From an uncultured Spirochaetota bacterium (GTDB lineage Bacteria > Spirochaetota > Spirochaetia > SZUA-6 > Fen-1364): a stretch of DNA of 64,000 nt. The position numbers were made by a program, and so were the translations under genes. The stretch is from positions 224,001 to 288,000 of the forward strand of contig CAWGAA010000002.1 in assembly GCA_963820525.1 (NCBI GenBank), written 5' to 3'. Each line of letters begins with the position of its first letter. Position 1 is the stretch's first letter. The notes beneath the pieces were generated by a model, which searched no databases, was not told where the DNA came from, and was given only the letters and a program-made list of their open reading frames with translations. Positions 20,054 through 29,724 of the stretch are shown in pieces.

Positions 20054-20779
20054 ATGGCCGCGGACATTCACGAGCTTCTCCTTCTTCTGGGGAGGCCCGC
20101 CTCGGGCAAGAGCGAGATCATCGACTATCTCCAACATCTCGATGCCGAGCAGAGGCGCCGGCGCTTTCGGGTCGGCACCCCGGTTGTCCTGGACGACTTT
20201 CCCCTGCTCTGGGCCTGGTTCGAGGAGGACGGGATCCTGGAGCGGATTGGCAAGGCGCGGCTGCACAGCGCGGCTGACGGGTACTTCTCCGCGAGACACT
20301 TCTGGGAGGTGCTGATCAGGCGCCTCGCCCTCGAATACGACAAGCTTCAAGCCGCGGATTCCGATCTGCACAAAACCACTACTGTCGTCATCGAGTTCTC
20401 CCGGGGAACGGAGCACGGCGGGTATAAGGAGGCGCTTGCCCAGCTCTCCGATGCGGTGCTCGAGCGGGCGGCGGCGCTGTATGTCCATGTCTCTTTCGAA
20501 GAATCCCTGCGCAAGAATCGCCGCAGGTTCAACCCCGACAAGCCCCACAGCGTCCTCGAGCATGGGCTGCCCGACGAAAAGATGGACCGGCTCTACCGCC
20601 GGGACGACTGGCAGGATCTCACCCGCGCCGATACCGGACACCTCCTGGTGCGGGGCCGCACAGTGCCGGCAGTCACGTTCGAAAACGAGGACGATGTCAC
20701 GACTCCCCGGGGAGACGCCCTGGGAAAACGGCTCCAGGAGTGCCTGGAAAAGCTCTGGAGGCTCCGCTTCGAATCGTAG
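20054..20779 (+). CDS. Uncharacterised P-loop NTPase/kinase-like protein
   Basis: LLLLGRPASGKSE Walker A near N-terminus. Confidence 0.6.
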   Translation: MAADIHELLLLLGRPASGKSEIIDYLQHLDAEQRRRRFRVGTPVVLDDFPLLWAWFEEDGILERIGKARLHSAADGYFSARHFWEVLIRRLALEYDKLQAADSDLHKTTTVVIEFSRGTEHGGYKEALAQLSDAVLERAAALYVHVSFEESLRKNRRRFNPDKPHSVLEHGLPDEKMDRLYRRDDWQDLTRADTGHLLVRGRTVPAVTFENEDDVTTPRGDALGKRLQECLEKLWRLRFES

Positions 20780-20853
20780 AGGCGGGCTGCCGAGCTTCCA
20801 ACGTGATGTCGGGGCGCCCCTCTAGAGCCCCCCGGATATCGAGGCTTGAGTGA

Positions 20854-20883
20854 ATAGGTGGGACGGAAGCCCGTCCCACCTAT
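20854..20883. terminator. 13-bp inverted repeat between convergent genes (terminator or REP-like)
   Basis: ATAGGTGGGACGG-aagc-CCGTCCCACCTAT. Confidence 0.6.
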
Positions 20884-20920
20884 CGCCGTTCGTCATCGCC
20901 GCTCCGGCTGGAGCAAATCA

Positions 20921-21868
20921 CTATTGCTTATTGCTCTTCAGATCCCAGCTTACCTCGAATTCTGGCCCGGGAGTGCCGTCGGACCTCGTTTGCGTGTACG
21001 TTATCGTGATCTTGGAGAACGTCAGCGCCACTTCTTCCAGCAGCCGGCCGTTGGTTCCCGTGGCGGCCGCGGGCTGGAGCGAGGTTATGATAACGTCCTC
21101 GAGCTCGAACTTGAGAATAGGAAACGTCTCATTGCCTCCACTTCGCAGGACCTCAATGTCCGCGCGTGGGATCTGGTCCCCGTTGGCCGCGTACAAGAAG
21201 AGGCTCGGAGAAGAGCGGTCTATGACTTTGAGGATTGTGAAGCTTCCGAATTCGGCCTTGGATGAGCCGCCGCCGGGAGTCATAGAGCCGGATCTCTCCA
21301 CGCCGAAGTGGTAGCCGACCGTGTCGATCCAATCCCTGTGGTGCTGGTCCGTCGATTCTCCATTTATTTGTTCAAGTTTTGTAAAAATGTCGCATCCGGT
21401 CGGAATGACGATGCCGTCGCTGGAAGCGCCTTGACCCATGCCTTCCAGGTTGACGGTCACATCGCTGGGATCTCCCTTCGGACCCGGGGGACCTTGCGCT
21501 CCGGGATCTCCTTTTTCACCCGCCGGTCCCGTCTGGCCCACGGGGCCGGGAAGACCTTCAGGTCCTATCGGGCCGGTTGAGCCTGCGGGGCCGGGAATGC
21601 CCGCCGGACCCATGGGACCGGTCGGACCTGCAGGTCCGGCAGGGCCCATTGGCCCAACCGGTCCCTTCTCCCCTTTGGGCCCAGGGATGAGATGAATCGA
21701 GCGGACGGCTTTCCAGAGCTGCTGGATGTCGCGCTCGATCCGCTCAAGTCTGGCGTTCTGATTGCCATCCCCCCTGCCGGGTCCGTCGTTGTCTGTCGCC
21801 CACGCTTTCATGGTTAAAAAAGAAATGAATAGGGCGATGATCAGGATCAATCGACGTTCTGTTTTCAT
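20921..21868 (-). CDS. Secreted collagen-like repeat protein fused to an Hcp (T6SS tube) domain
   Basis: RBS GAGGAGG; signal peptide ending AWA; 24 uninterrupted GXY triplets (21467-21682); Hcp motifs [49 protein letters not shown]. Confidence 0.85.
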   Translation of the reverse strand: MKTERRLILIIALFISFLTMKAWATDNDGPGRGDGNQNARLERIERDIQQLWKAVRSIHLIPGPKGEKGPVGPMGPAGPAGPTGPMGPAGIPGPAGSTGPIGPEGLPGPVGQTGPAGEKGDPGAQGPPGPKGDPSDVTVNLEGMGQGASSDGIVIPTGCDIFTKLEQINGESTDQHHRDWIDTVGYHFGVERSGSMTPGGGSSKAEFGSFTILKVIDRSSPSLFLYAANGDQIPRADIEVLRSGGNETFPILKFELEDVIITSLQPAAATGTNGRLLEEVALTFSKITITYTQTRSDGTPGPEFEVSWDLKSNKQ

Positions 21869-22190
21869 ACTTTCCTCCTCTTGCGTCGAACGGTACCATG
21901 GACGACGAACAGAGGCAAGCGATGGAACGGTCGATTGAGGCATTCTTCCCCGCGTGGAACGCGTTTTGGGGCAAAGTTGGGACACGCGATGCCTTCGGAA
22001 GATCGCTCTTCATTCTCGACTGGATTGTCTCGAATCAGCCCTATTCTCTTACAGTCGCACGAGAGTGTCCCAATGCATGCAATTACAATGATTATATAGG
22101 AATACATGAACGCACTTTCCCGGAAGCGTCATTCTGCTAAGCGATCACTGATTAGCATGGAGCGACGGCAGTATAAGACTATTGAAAGCA

Positions 22191-22206
22191 TGGCATGCTT
22201 TTTGCA
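22191..22206 (+). promoter_or_regulatory. sigma54 (-24/-12) promoter of sugar ABC operon 1
   Basis: TGGCAT-GCTTT-TTGCA matches TGGCAC-N5-TTGC(A/T) with correct spacing. Confidence 0.8.
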
Positions 22207-22347
22207 CAAAATATCATTGACTATCACACCGGGTGATATGTGAAACTCATCGATACAAAGCTCGCACGCCGAGAGCAGGAGGTGATATAACTGTCTAAGG
22301 TGTCAGCTTTGTAGGAGAGTGTCATTTCCAAAAAACGGAGGTGCATT

Positions 22348-23385
22348 ATGAAAAGGTTCCTCGTCTGTCTTCTTGCCCTTCTTGTCCTGGCGGCCTTCAG
22401 CGTTTACGCGGGTGGCGCCAAGGAAGCGGGACCGGCTGCGGGAAAACATCCGATCAAGAACAACACGATCACCATAGCCTGGATACCAAAAGCGTTGAAC
22501 AACCCGGTCTTCGAATTGGGCCGCGTGGGCGCCCTTAAAAAGGCTGAGGAGTTGACCGCCAAAGGTCCCTACAAGGTGAACATCTTGTACGTCGCCTCGG
22601 TGGCATCGGACATTGCGGAGCAGGCGCGGGTTGTCGAGGATGTCATCGCAAAAGGGGTTGACGCCATCGGCATCTCGTGCAACGAACCGACGGGCTGTGT
22701 AGACCCCATCCAGAAAGCGGTCAAAGCGGGAGTCGAGGTCATGACGTGGGATTCAGATTCGCCGAAAAGCGGGCGTTTCACCTACCTGGGTGTCGACAAC
22801 TATGAGGGCGGGAAGGCCGCTGCAGACCTGCTCGTGAAAGCCATGGGGACCAGTGGAGATGTCGCCCTGCTCACCGGCGTGCCGGGAGCGTTCAACCTGG
22901 AGGAGCGCATCCGCGGGTTCAAAGACGGCGTCAAGAACTACCCGAACATCAAGATCGTAAAGACCGTGGCCTGCAACGACGACATCAACCAGGGGGTGCA
23001 GGTCGTGGAGGAGACCATGCAGTCGAACCCCGACCTGAAGGGCTGGTTCTTCGTCGGTCTCTGGCCGCTGTTCGCCAACCGCGGCTCCATGAAGAGCTGG
23101 GAAGCGGCAGAGAAGGCAGGCACGTTGAAGACGATTTCTTTCGACACGCTTCCGGTGGAGCTGGACTTCGTGAAGGATGGATACGTCCAGGGCCTCGTTG
23201 GCCAGAAATACTGGGGCTGGGGATACGACACGGTCCAGATGATCTATGATAAAATCGTCAGCGGGAAGACCTTCGGTTCGTTTACCAACTCCGGCATGGA
23301 TCTCGTCACGCCGAAGAACGTTGCTGTCATGGCCGACATGTGGGCCACAATGGACTTCACCAAGACCCTGCCGCCGGCCTTTTAA
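22348..23385 (+). CDS. Sugar ABC substrate-binding protein (CUT2/RbsB-like)
   Basis: Signal peptide ..[39 protein letters not shown]. Confidence 0.9.
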   Translation: MKRFLVCLLALLVLAAFSVYAGGAKEAGPAAGKHPIKNNTITIAWIPKALNNPVFELGRVGALKKAEELTAKGPYKVNILYVASVASDIAEQARVVEDVIAKGVDAIGISCNEPTGCVDPIQKAVKAGVEVMTWDSDSPKSGRFTYLGVDNYEGGKAAADLLVKAMGTSGDVALLTGVPGAFNLEERIRGFKDGVKNYPNIKIVKTVACNDDINQGVQVVEETMQSNPDLKGWFFVGLWPLFANRGSMKSWEAAEKAGTLKTISFDTLPVELDFVKDGYVQGLVGQKYWGWGYDTVQMIYDKIVSGKTFGSFTNSGMDLVTPKNVAVMADMWATMDFTKTLPPAF

Positions 23386-23407
23386 AAGGTGCGCAGGAGC
23401 TTTCGTC

Positions 23408-23445
23408 CCGGCCGGGGTCCATCGCGTCCCCGGTCGGTTTTTTTT
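23408..23445 (+). terminator. Intrinsic terminator-like hairpin after binding-protein gene
   Basis: CCGGCCGGGG..CCCCGGTCGG followed by T8. Confidence 0.65.
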
Positions 23446-23465
23446 CGACGCCGCGCAAACCGAAT

Positions 23466-24986
23466 ATGAGTGATGACAGGGCTTTCCTCTTGCAGATGCA
23501 GCAGATATCCAAATCCTTTCCCGGAGTCCAGGCGCTGGACGGCGTGGACCTGGAAGTCCGTGCCGGAGAGGTTCTTGCCCTGGTGGGCGAGAACGGCGCG
23601 GGCAAGTCCACCCTGATGAAGATCCTGAGCGGCGCTCATCGCAAGGACGCGGGGCGAGTCTTTCTGGAAGGAAGGGAGGTGGAGATCGAGAACCCGCACC
23701 ACGCGCTGCAGCTGGGTATCGCCATCATCTACCAGGAGTTCAACCTCACCCGCAACCAGACGGTGGCGGCGAATATCTACATCGCCCGCGAGCCGCGCGT
23801 GGCAGGGCTTGGCGGCGTGTTGGGCTTCGTCGACCGCTCCCGCATGGAAGCGGACGCCAGCCGGGTTCTCCAGCGCATCCGGTCGAAGATTCCCGTCGAC
23901 GTCAAGGTGCGGGATCTTTCCGTGGCCCAGCAGCAGATGGTGGAGATAGCCAAGGCCATCGCGGTGCAGGCGAAGATCCTGATCATGGACGAGCCGACCG
24001 CGGCCCTGGGCGAGAACGAAACCGAGGTGCTTTTCGAGACGGTGCACGGCCTGAAAGCCCAGGGGATCGCCATCATCTTCATCACCCATCGGCTGGAGGA
24101 GATGTTCCGCATCGCGGACCGCGTCGTCGTGCTGAGGGACGGGCAGCGCGTCGGAGAGCTTCCCATCGCGGAGGCGACGCCCGATCGGGTGGTGCAGATG
24201 ATGGTCGGGCGGAGCCTCCAGGAAATCTTTTACAAAGAGCCGGTGGACATCACGCAGCCTATCCTCGAAGTGCGCGGTCTCACCCGGCGCGGCGCCGTTC
24301 TGAACGTCAGCTTCACGCTGCGCCGCGGAGAGATCCTCGGCTTTGCGGGGCTGGTGGGAGCCGGGCGCACGGAGACGGCGCGGCTGCTGTTCGGAGCGGA
24401 CACCCGTGACGGCGGCGAGGTGCTGTTGGAGGGCAAACCTCTGCGGATCGACTCGCCCACCGCGGCCGTGAAGGCGGGGATCGGGCTGGTTCCGGAAGAC
24501 CGCGGCCTGCAGGGGTTGGTGCTCAAGTTGCCGGTCCAGGAGAACATCGTGCTGGCGACCCTGCCGCGGCACAGTACGGCAGGCTGGATGGACAGGTCCC
24601 GGATTGCGGAGACGGCCCATACCTTCGTGCAACGGCTCTCTATCAGGACGCCGCACCTGCGTCAGAAAACGATGCTCCTCTCCGGCGGCAACCAGCAGAA
24701 GGTGGTGCTCGCCAAGTGGCTGGCCTCCCAACCGAAGGTGCTGATTCTGGACGAGCCGACCCGCGGCATCGATGTGGGCGCGAAGGCGGAGGTGCATGCC
24801 CTCATGAGCCGGCTTGCGCGCTCCGGCATCGGCATTATAATGATCTCATCGGAGCTGCCTGAGATCATGGCAATGAGCGACAGGATCATCGTGATGCATG
24901 AAGGTCGCATTGCGGCCGTGCTCGGCCGTTCGGAAGCGACGCAGGAGCTGGTTATGGCGTACGCAAGCGGACAGCAGAGGGGGTAG
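23466..24986 (+). CDS. Sugar ABC ATP-binding protein (tandem NBD, RbsA/MglA-like)
   Basis: GENGAGKS, MDEPTAAL, GLVGAGRTE, LSGGNQQKVVLAKWL, DEPTRGIDVGAK. Confidence 0.95.
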   Translation: MSDDRAFLLQMQQISKSFPGVQALDGVDLEVRAGEVLALVGENGAGKSTLMKILSGAHRKDAGRVFLEGREVEIENPHHALQLGIAIIYQEFNLTRNQTVAANIYIAREPRVAGLGGVLGFVDRSRMEADASRVLQRIRSKIPVDVKVRDLSVAQQQMVEIAKAIAVQAKILIMDEPTAALGENETEVLFETVHGLKAQGIAIIFITHRLEEMFRIADRVVVLRDGQRVGELPIAEATPDRVVQMMVGRSLQEIFYKEPVDITQPILEVRGLTRRGAVLNVSFTLRRGEILGFAGLVGAGRTETARLLFGADTRDGGEVLLEGKPLRIDSPTAAVKAGIGLVPEDRGLQGLVLKLPVQENIVLATLPRHSTAGWMDRSRIAETAHTFVQRLSIRTPHLRQKTMLLSGGNQQKVVLAKWLASQPKVLILDEPTRGIDVGAKAEVHALMSRLARSGIGIIMISSELPEIMAMSDRIIVMHEGRIAAVLGRSEATQELVMAYASGQQRG

Positions 24987-24991
24987 CAACT

Positions 24992-25990
24992 ATGGCAGAA
25001 GACTCGTCGAAATCCTCCGCGCCGAGCGCGCGGCGGGGAGCCGCCCTCCGCGGGATCGTGCGCGCCCAGGAGTTCGGCGTGTCCCTCATCCTGGCCGCGA
25101 TGGTGCTCTTCCTGAGCGTCTTCACGAACACCTTCCTCACGAGCACGAACATCTTCAACATCCTTCGCGCTTTCTCCTGGATCGCCATCAGCGGCTTCGG
25201 CGAATGCATGGTAATCATCACCGGAGGGATAGACCTCTCCGTGGGATCGGTGATGGGCTTCGCCGGTCTGATCTCGGCGATGCTGCTCAGATTCTCCGGA
25301 AACATTCTTCTGGCGGTGGCGGGCGGCCTTGCCGCCGGCGTCGTGATCGGCCTGCTCAACGGATTGATGGTCACGAAAGCACGGCTGCCTCCCTTCATCG
25401 CGACCCTGGGCATGCTGCTCATGGCGCGCGGCCTGTGCTACGGCCTCTCGGGCGGTTGGCCCGTGCAGGATCTTTCCCAGGGCTTTCGAAACCTGGGGCA
25501 GTTCGACATCCCCTTCCTGGGCGCGGGCATTCCCCTCCCCCTGGTGTTCATGATCGTCATCGGCGCGATCATGATGGTGTTCCTGACGCGCACTGTCTGG
25601 GGATACCGCATCTACGCGGTCGGAGGCAATGAAGTGGCCTCGGGGCTTTCCGGCATCAGCACGGACCGCGTGAAGATCATGGTCTACACCCTCGGCGCGT
25701 TCCTCACCGCGATCGGCGGTATCCTGATGACCGCCCGCTTGGGGGTGGCGTCCCCGATGGCTGCATACGGGTACGAGCTCGATGTGATTGCGGCGGCGGT
25801 GGTCGGGGGCACGAGCCTCGCCGGCGGGGAAGGAACGATCCTTGGGGTTCTCATCGGTGCGGCTATCATGCAGGTGCTCCGCACGGGACTCATACTGACC
25901 GGCGTGTCCGCCTACTGGCTGCAGGCGGTCCAGGGTCTGGTGATCGTCGTGGCGATCATGCTCGACCAGCTGCAGAAACGCCGCAGATAA
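24992..25990 (+). CDS. Sugar ABC permease (RbsC-like)
   Basis: GGIDLSVGS, PPFIATLG, YELDVIAAAVVGGTSLAGG. Confidence 0.93.
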   Translation: MAEDSSKSSAPSARRGAALRGIVRAQEFGVSLILAAMVLFLSVFTNTFLTSTNIFNILRAFSWIAISGFGECMVIITGGIDLSVGSVMGFAGLISAMLLRFSGNILLAVAGGLAAGVVIGLLNGLMVTKARLPPFIATLGMLLMARGLCYGLSGGWPVQDLSQGFRNLGQFDIPFLGAGIPLPLVFMIVIGAIMMVFLTRTVWGYRIYAVGGNEVASGLSGISTDRVKIMVYTLGAFLTAIGGILMTARLGVASPMAAYGYELDVIAAAVVGGTSLAGGEGTILGVLIGAAIMQVLRTGLILTGVSAYWLQAVQGLVIVVAIMLDQLQKRRR

Positions 25991-26004
25991 CGCCCCGCCG
26001 GATC

Positions 26005-27816
26005 TTACGCCAGCGGAAACGTGACGCAGAAACTCGTCTTCTCACCCGGAATGCTCTTGAAGGATATCTCGCCCTCATGCTCCTTGACGATCTGCTGGCA
26101 TATGGACAAGCCGAGCCCGGCATTCCTTTTGTTGATCTTCGTGCTGAAGAAGGGCTGAAAAACCCTGTCGTGGATATTGCCGGGGATGCCGTAGCCGTTG
26201 TCGCTGATGATGACCTTGACGCAGCCCTCTTTCTTCTCCGAGTGGATCATCACCTCGAGGTTTCCCTCGTCGAGCATGGCCTCGATGCCGTTATTGATCA
26301 GATTGATGAAGAGCTGCGTAAGCCGGTTCTCGTCGCCGACAATCTCCGCATCGTAGTCGTCCGTCTTTTTTTCGAGCCGGATGTTCTTCTGAGAAAGGCT
26401 GTGGTTGAGAAGCAGGAGGACTTCCTCCAGCAGGACGGCAATGCGGATCCTTTTTTTCGGCAGTTCCCCGATCCGTGAAAAGGAGAGAAGGCTATTGACG
26501 ATCTTCACGATGCGATCCACTTCCTTCTCGATGTCGGTGAGCTTTTCCCTGACCGCCGGGCCCACGGGCTCCCCTTCAATGAGTTCGAAGGTATTCTTGA
26601 TGATGTACAGGGGATTGTTGATCTCGTGAGCGACTCCAACCGCCACTTCGGCTACCGACGCCATTTTCTCGCTCCGGGCAAGGTAGCTCTTGAGATAGTG
26701 CTCCACAGATACGTCCTGAATGAGGATGGTGTTGCCGAAGAAACCGGAATCGGCGTCCCGAAAGCGGACGATGCTGATTTTCACTAGCGCTTTCTGCGCG
26801 AGGGAGACGTTGTCCCAGCTTGCTTCCTCCCCGGCGTCGAGTTTCCGCTTGATCTCTCCAAGGATCTCGCGATTGATTCCATCCAGGATCTTTGAAAGGG
26901 GCATCTTGATGATGGAGTCATGCCCGAGATTCAATATTCTCAGGGCGGCGAAGTTGACCAGCTGCACCCTGGCCTTCAGATCGAGGATGATGACCCCGAT
27001 CGGCAGGTGCTGGATGACGCTTTCGATGTACCGGCGGATGACCAGAAACCTCTTGGCGTCCTCACTGAGCCTTTTCTTGTTGACGGCAAAGGAATAGGTG
27101 AGCTCGAAGAGGCGGTACTTGTCCAGGTCCTTGACCACTTCGGTGCCTCTGCGATAGCCGTCTTTCAATATGGTGACTCGATCGGCGAGATGCAGCACCT
27201 CGTCCATGTTGTGCGTGATATAGATGACGCTTCCGCCGCTCTGCTTCTTCTCCCTGATGATTCTGTAGATGGGCGCCATCTCGTCCGGGGTGAGCTTGTT
27301 GGACACCTCGTCGAAGATGATGAGCCGCGGATCCATCATCCATATCCTGGCCAGTTCCACCATGTACTGCTGGGAGAGGGAGAGCTTGTACATCGGAATG
27401 CCGGGATCGAAACAGAGGTTCAATTTCTCGAAAAGGGCGAGGGTGCTGCGCATCATTTTCGCGTAGTCAATGAAGCCGAGGCGGCTGGCGATCATTTGCC
27501 CGGCGAAGATGTTCTTGACCGCGTCAAGGTTCGGGATGATGTTCAGATCCTGATACACCATCCCGATTCCATGCAGGGTCGACGTTCGCGTGGTGAAATT
27601 CGCAATACCCTTGCCGTCGAATATGATCTCTCCATCCTTTTTCCGCACGGCTCCGCTCAAGACCTTGGCCAGGGAAGATTTCCCCGCCCTGTGCTCGCCG
27701 ACGAGCGCGTGAACTTCGCCGCGATAGAGATCGAAATCGATACCTCTCAAGGCTTGGATGTCGTTGTACGTGACATGAATGTTTCGCATCTGAAGCAGGA
27801 GCTTCTCCGACTTCAT
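26005..27816 (-). CDS. Hybrid histidine kinase 1: sugar-ABC-type NBD + PAS + HisKA + HATPase_c
   Basis: GEHRAGKS, GIGMVYQD, IIFDE, YITH (NBD); LPIGVIILD (PAS); AHEINNPL; NLINNGIEA, DNGYGI, FQPFFSTK, GLGLSI. Confidence 0.9.
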   Translation of the reverse strand: MKSEKLLLQMRNIHVTYNDIQALRGIDFDLYRGEVHALVGEHRAGKSSLAKVLSGAVRKKDGEIIFDGKGIANFTTRTSTLHGIGMVYQDLNIIPNLDAVKNIFAGQMIASRLGFIDYAKMMRSTLALFEKLNLCFDPGIPMYKLSLSQQYMVELARIWMMDPRLIIFDEVSNKLTPDEMAPIYRIIREKKQSGGSVIYITHNMDEVLHLADRVTILKDGYRRGTEVVKDLDKYRLFELTYSFAVNKKRLSEDAKRFLVIRRYIESVIQHLPIGVIILDLKARVQLVNFAALRILNLGHDSIIKMPLSKILDGINREILGEIKRKLDAGEEASWDNVSLAQKALVKISIVRFRDADSGFFGNTILIQDVSVEHYLKSYLARSEKMASVAEVAVGVAHEINNPLYIIKNTFELIEGEPVGPAVREKLTDIEKEVDRIVKIVNSLLSFSRIGELPKKRIRIAVLLEEVLLLLNHSLSQKNIRLEKKTDDYDAEIVGDENRLTQLFINLINNGIEAMLDEGNLEVMIHSEKKEGCVKVIISDNGYGIPGNIHDRVFQPFFSTKINKRNAGLGLSICQQIVKEHEGEISFKSIPGEKTSFCVTFPLA

Positions 27817-27829
27817 ACGAGACGACGCC

Positions 27830-29146
27830 TCACGAGCCGATATTGTATCGCTTCATCTTGCGATAGAGGGTTTTTCGGTCTATTTTCAACATCACGGCAG
27901 CTTTCCGCTTGACGCCCCCGCTTCTCCTCAGCGCCTCAACAATGATGTCCCGTGCGCTCGTCTGGTAGCGCACATCCAGGGGCGGTTCGCCGTCCGTTTC
28001 CTTCAAGGCCTGATACTGCTCAGGGATCACCGGGACATCGATCACCTCATCCTCGCAGAATATCACCGCCCGCTCGATGAGGTTCCTGAGCTCTCGCACG
28101 TTCCCCGGCCAATCATGGCCGAGGAGCATGGAGCGCACCTGCTCCGAAATGCCCCGGATCCGTTTCCCGTACCTCTCGTTGAACTCGCGAAGGAAATGGT
28201 CCGCCAATAGCAGAATGTCCTGCCTGCGCTCCCGCAGCGGCGGCAGATGGAGGGTCACCACGGAAAGCCGGTAGTAGAGATCCTCGCGGAATGCGCCCCC
28301 GTCAATCAGGTGCTGCAGGTTCTTGTTCGTTGCCGTCACGATCCGGCAGCCGGCCTTCAAGGTGAGCGAGCCGCCCACGCGCGTGAAACTTCCATCCTGA
28401 AGCACGCGCAGCATCTTTGCCTGGGTCTTTTGGCTCATGTCGGCGATCTCGTCAAGGAAGATCGTACCATCACCCGCGCGCTCGAACATGCCCTGTTTCT
28501 GGAATTTCGCGTCGGTGAAGGCTCCCCTTTCGTGGCCGAACATCTCGCTTTCAAGCAGATCTTCGGGAATCGCCGCGCAGTTTATCTTGATGAAGGGGCG
28601 CTCATCCCGCGCGCTGTGTTTTTGGATCAGGTCGGCGACGAGCTCTTTGCCGGTGCCGCTTTCCCCGGTGACGATGACGGCGGCGTTCGTCGGCGCCGCT
28701 TTCTTCGCCAGCTCGATCACCTTGAGCATCGCCGGGTCCTGGGTCACGATTCGGGCGCCGGCGGCCACGGGCTTTTGCAGGCCCTTCGTGCCGGCCAGCC
28801 GGTCGATCTCCGAGATCAGCTTCCTGTTGTCGATCGGCTTCGCGTAGAAGTTGAGGGCCCCGTATTTCATCGCCGTGACGACGGAGTCCACCGTAGCGTG
28901 CCCGGAGATCATGATCACGGGAATGTCCGCGTTTTCAGCCCTCACGGACCTGAGCAGATCGATACCGTCCTGTCCCGGCATCTTCACGTCGATGATCAGG
29001 AGGTCCATCGGGGCGGATCGCAAGGCAGGCAGGACTTGGAGCGTTTCCGTACAGAAGCGAGCCTCATACCCATGCCTTTTGAGAATGTCACGCAGGGTGA
29101 GGCATATTTTGGGTTCATCATCGACGATAAGCACCGTAAAGCTCAT
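27830..29146 (-). CDS. sigma54-dependent response regulator (NtrC family) 1
   Basis: REC (IVDDE, IIDVKMPG); [27 protein letters not shown]; Fis-type HTH IDRKTLYRKM. Confidence 0.95.
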   Translation of the reverse strand: MSFTVLIVDDEPKICLTLRDILKRHGYEARFCTETLQVLPALRSAPMDLLIIDVKMPGQDGIDLLRSVRAENADIPVIMISGHATVDSVVTAMKYGALNFYAKPIDNRKLISEIDRLAGTKGLQKPVAAGARIVTQDPAMLKVIELAKKAAPTNAAVIVTGESGTGKELVADLIQKHSARDERPFIKINCAAIPEDLLESEMFGHERGAFTDAKFQKQGMFERAGDGTIFLDEIADMSQKTQAKMLRVLQDGSFTRVGGSLTLKAGCRIVTATNKNLQHLIDGGAFREDLYYRLSVVTLHLPPLRERRQDILLLADHFLREFNERYGKRIRGISEQVRSMLLGHDWPGNVRELRNLIERAVIFCEDEVIDVPVIPEQYQALKETDGEPPLDVRYQTSARDIIVEALRRSGGVKRKAAVMLKIDRKTLYRKMKRYNIGS

Positions 29147-29211
29147 TGGCAGCGGCCATTATAGATCACAGCGCGCCAGGCCGCAAGTATCGGCAGCGAA
29201 TGAACGCCGCC

Positions 29212-29538
29212 CTATACTTTCTTGAGATCCCTCGTGAGGAAGTAGCTGAGGATCGTCCGGATGACGATGATCGCCCCGAGGATGCCGAGGCCCTCCCAGG
29301 TCGGGGTCACGACCGTCTTCACGATGTCGCTCGCTATGAAGAACTCGAGCGCGAGAACGAGGTAGCTCCCGAGCTTCAACCTGATCCTCTCGTTCGCCGC
29401 GGAACGGTCTTCAGAACCCGTGATCTCCTTCCTCAGGAAATCGACGAAAGAGAGCGCGATTCCCCAAACCGTGACAAGCGCGCCGATGGCGTTCAAACCG
29501 AGCCCGATGATGTTTATGACGATATGGAAGGTATCCAT
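29212..29538 (-). CDS. DUF1622-like small membrane protein
   Basis: RLKLGSYLVLALEFFIASDIVKT, LGAIIVIRTILSYFL. Confidence 0.8.
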   Translation of the reverse strand: MDTFHIVINIIGLGLNAIGALVTVWGIALSFVDFLRKEITGSEDRSAANERIRLKLGSYLVLALEFFIASDIVKTVVTPTWEGLGILGAIIVIRTILSYFLTRDLKKV

Positions 29539-29724
29539 GGACCAGCGTCCTTCATCTCGATTCTACCCCGCCAACCGGAATCGTCAAGGCCGTTTCCCGA
29601 TGCATTGTTCGGATGCATGCCTATCGGCACTTTTGCCGATTGCGCGGTGAAGCTGCGCTCGGGTACAATTGCTTCTGTCGTGGGACAATGTCCGGGAGTT
29701 GTGTTCCAAAGCGTCGAGGGGCAC

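Noticed and set aside
20921..21400. Type VI secretion locus or prophage tail region
   Set aside because: Only the single Hcp-like domain is present; no sheath, VgrG, baseplate or phage genes. The Clp ATPase at the window end has the ClpB middle domain and is read as ClpB, not ClpV.
29146..29724. N-terminal extension of regulator 2 (632-aa ORF)
   Set aside because: It overlaps the DUF1622 gene on the opposite strand; the receiver domain starts at ATG 29725 with an RBS.
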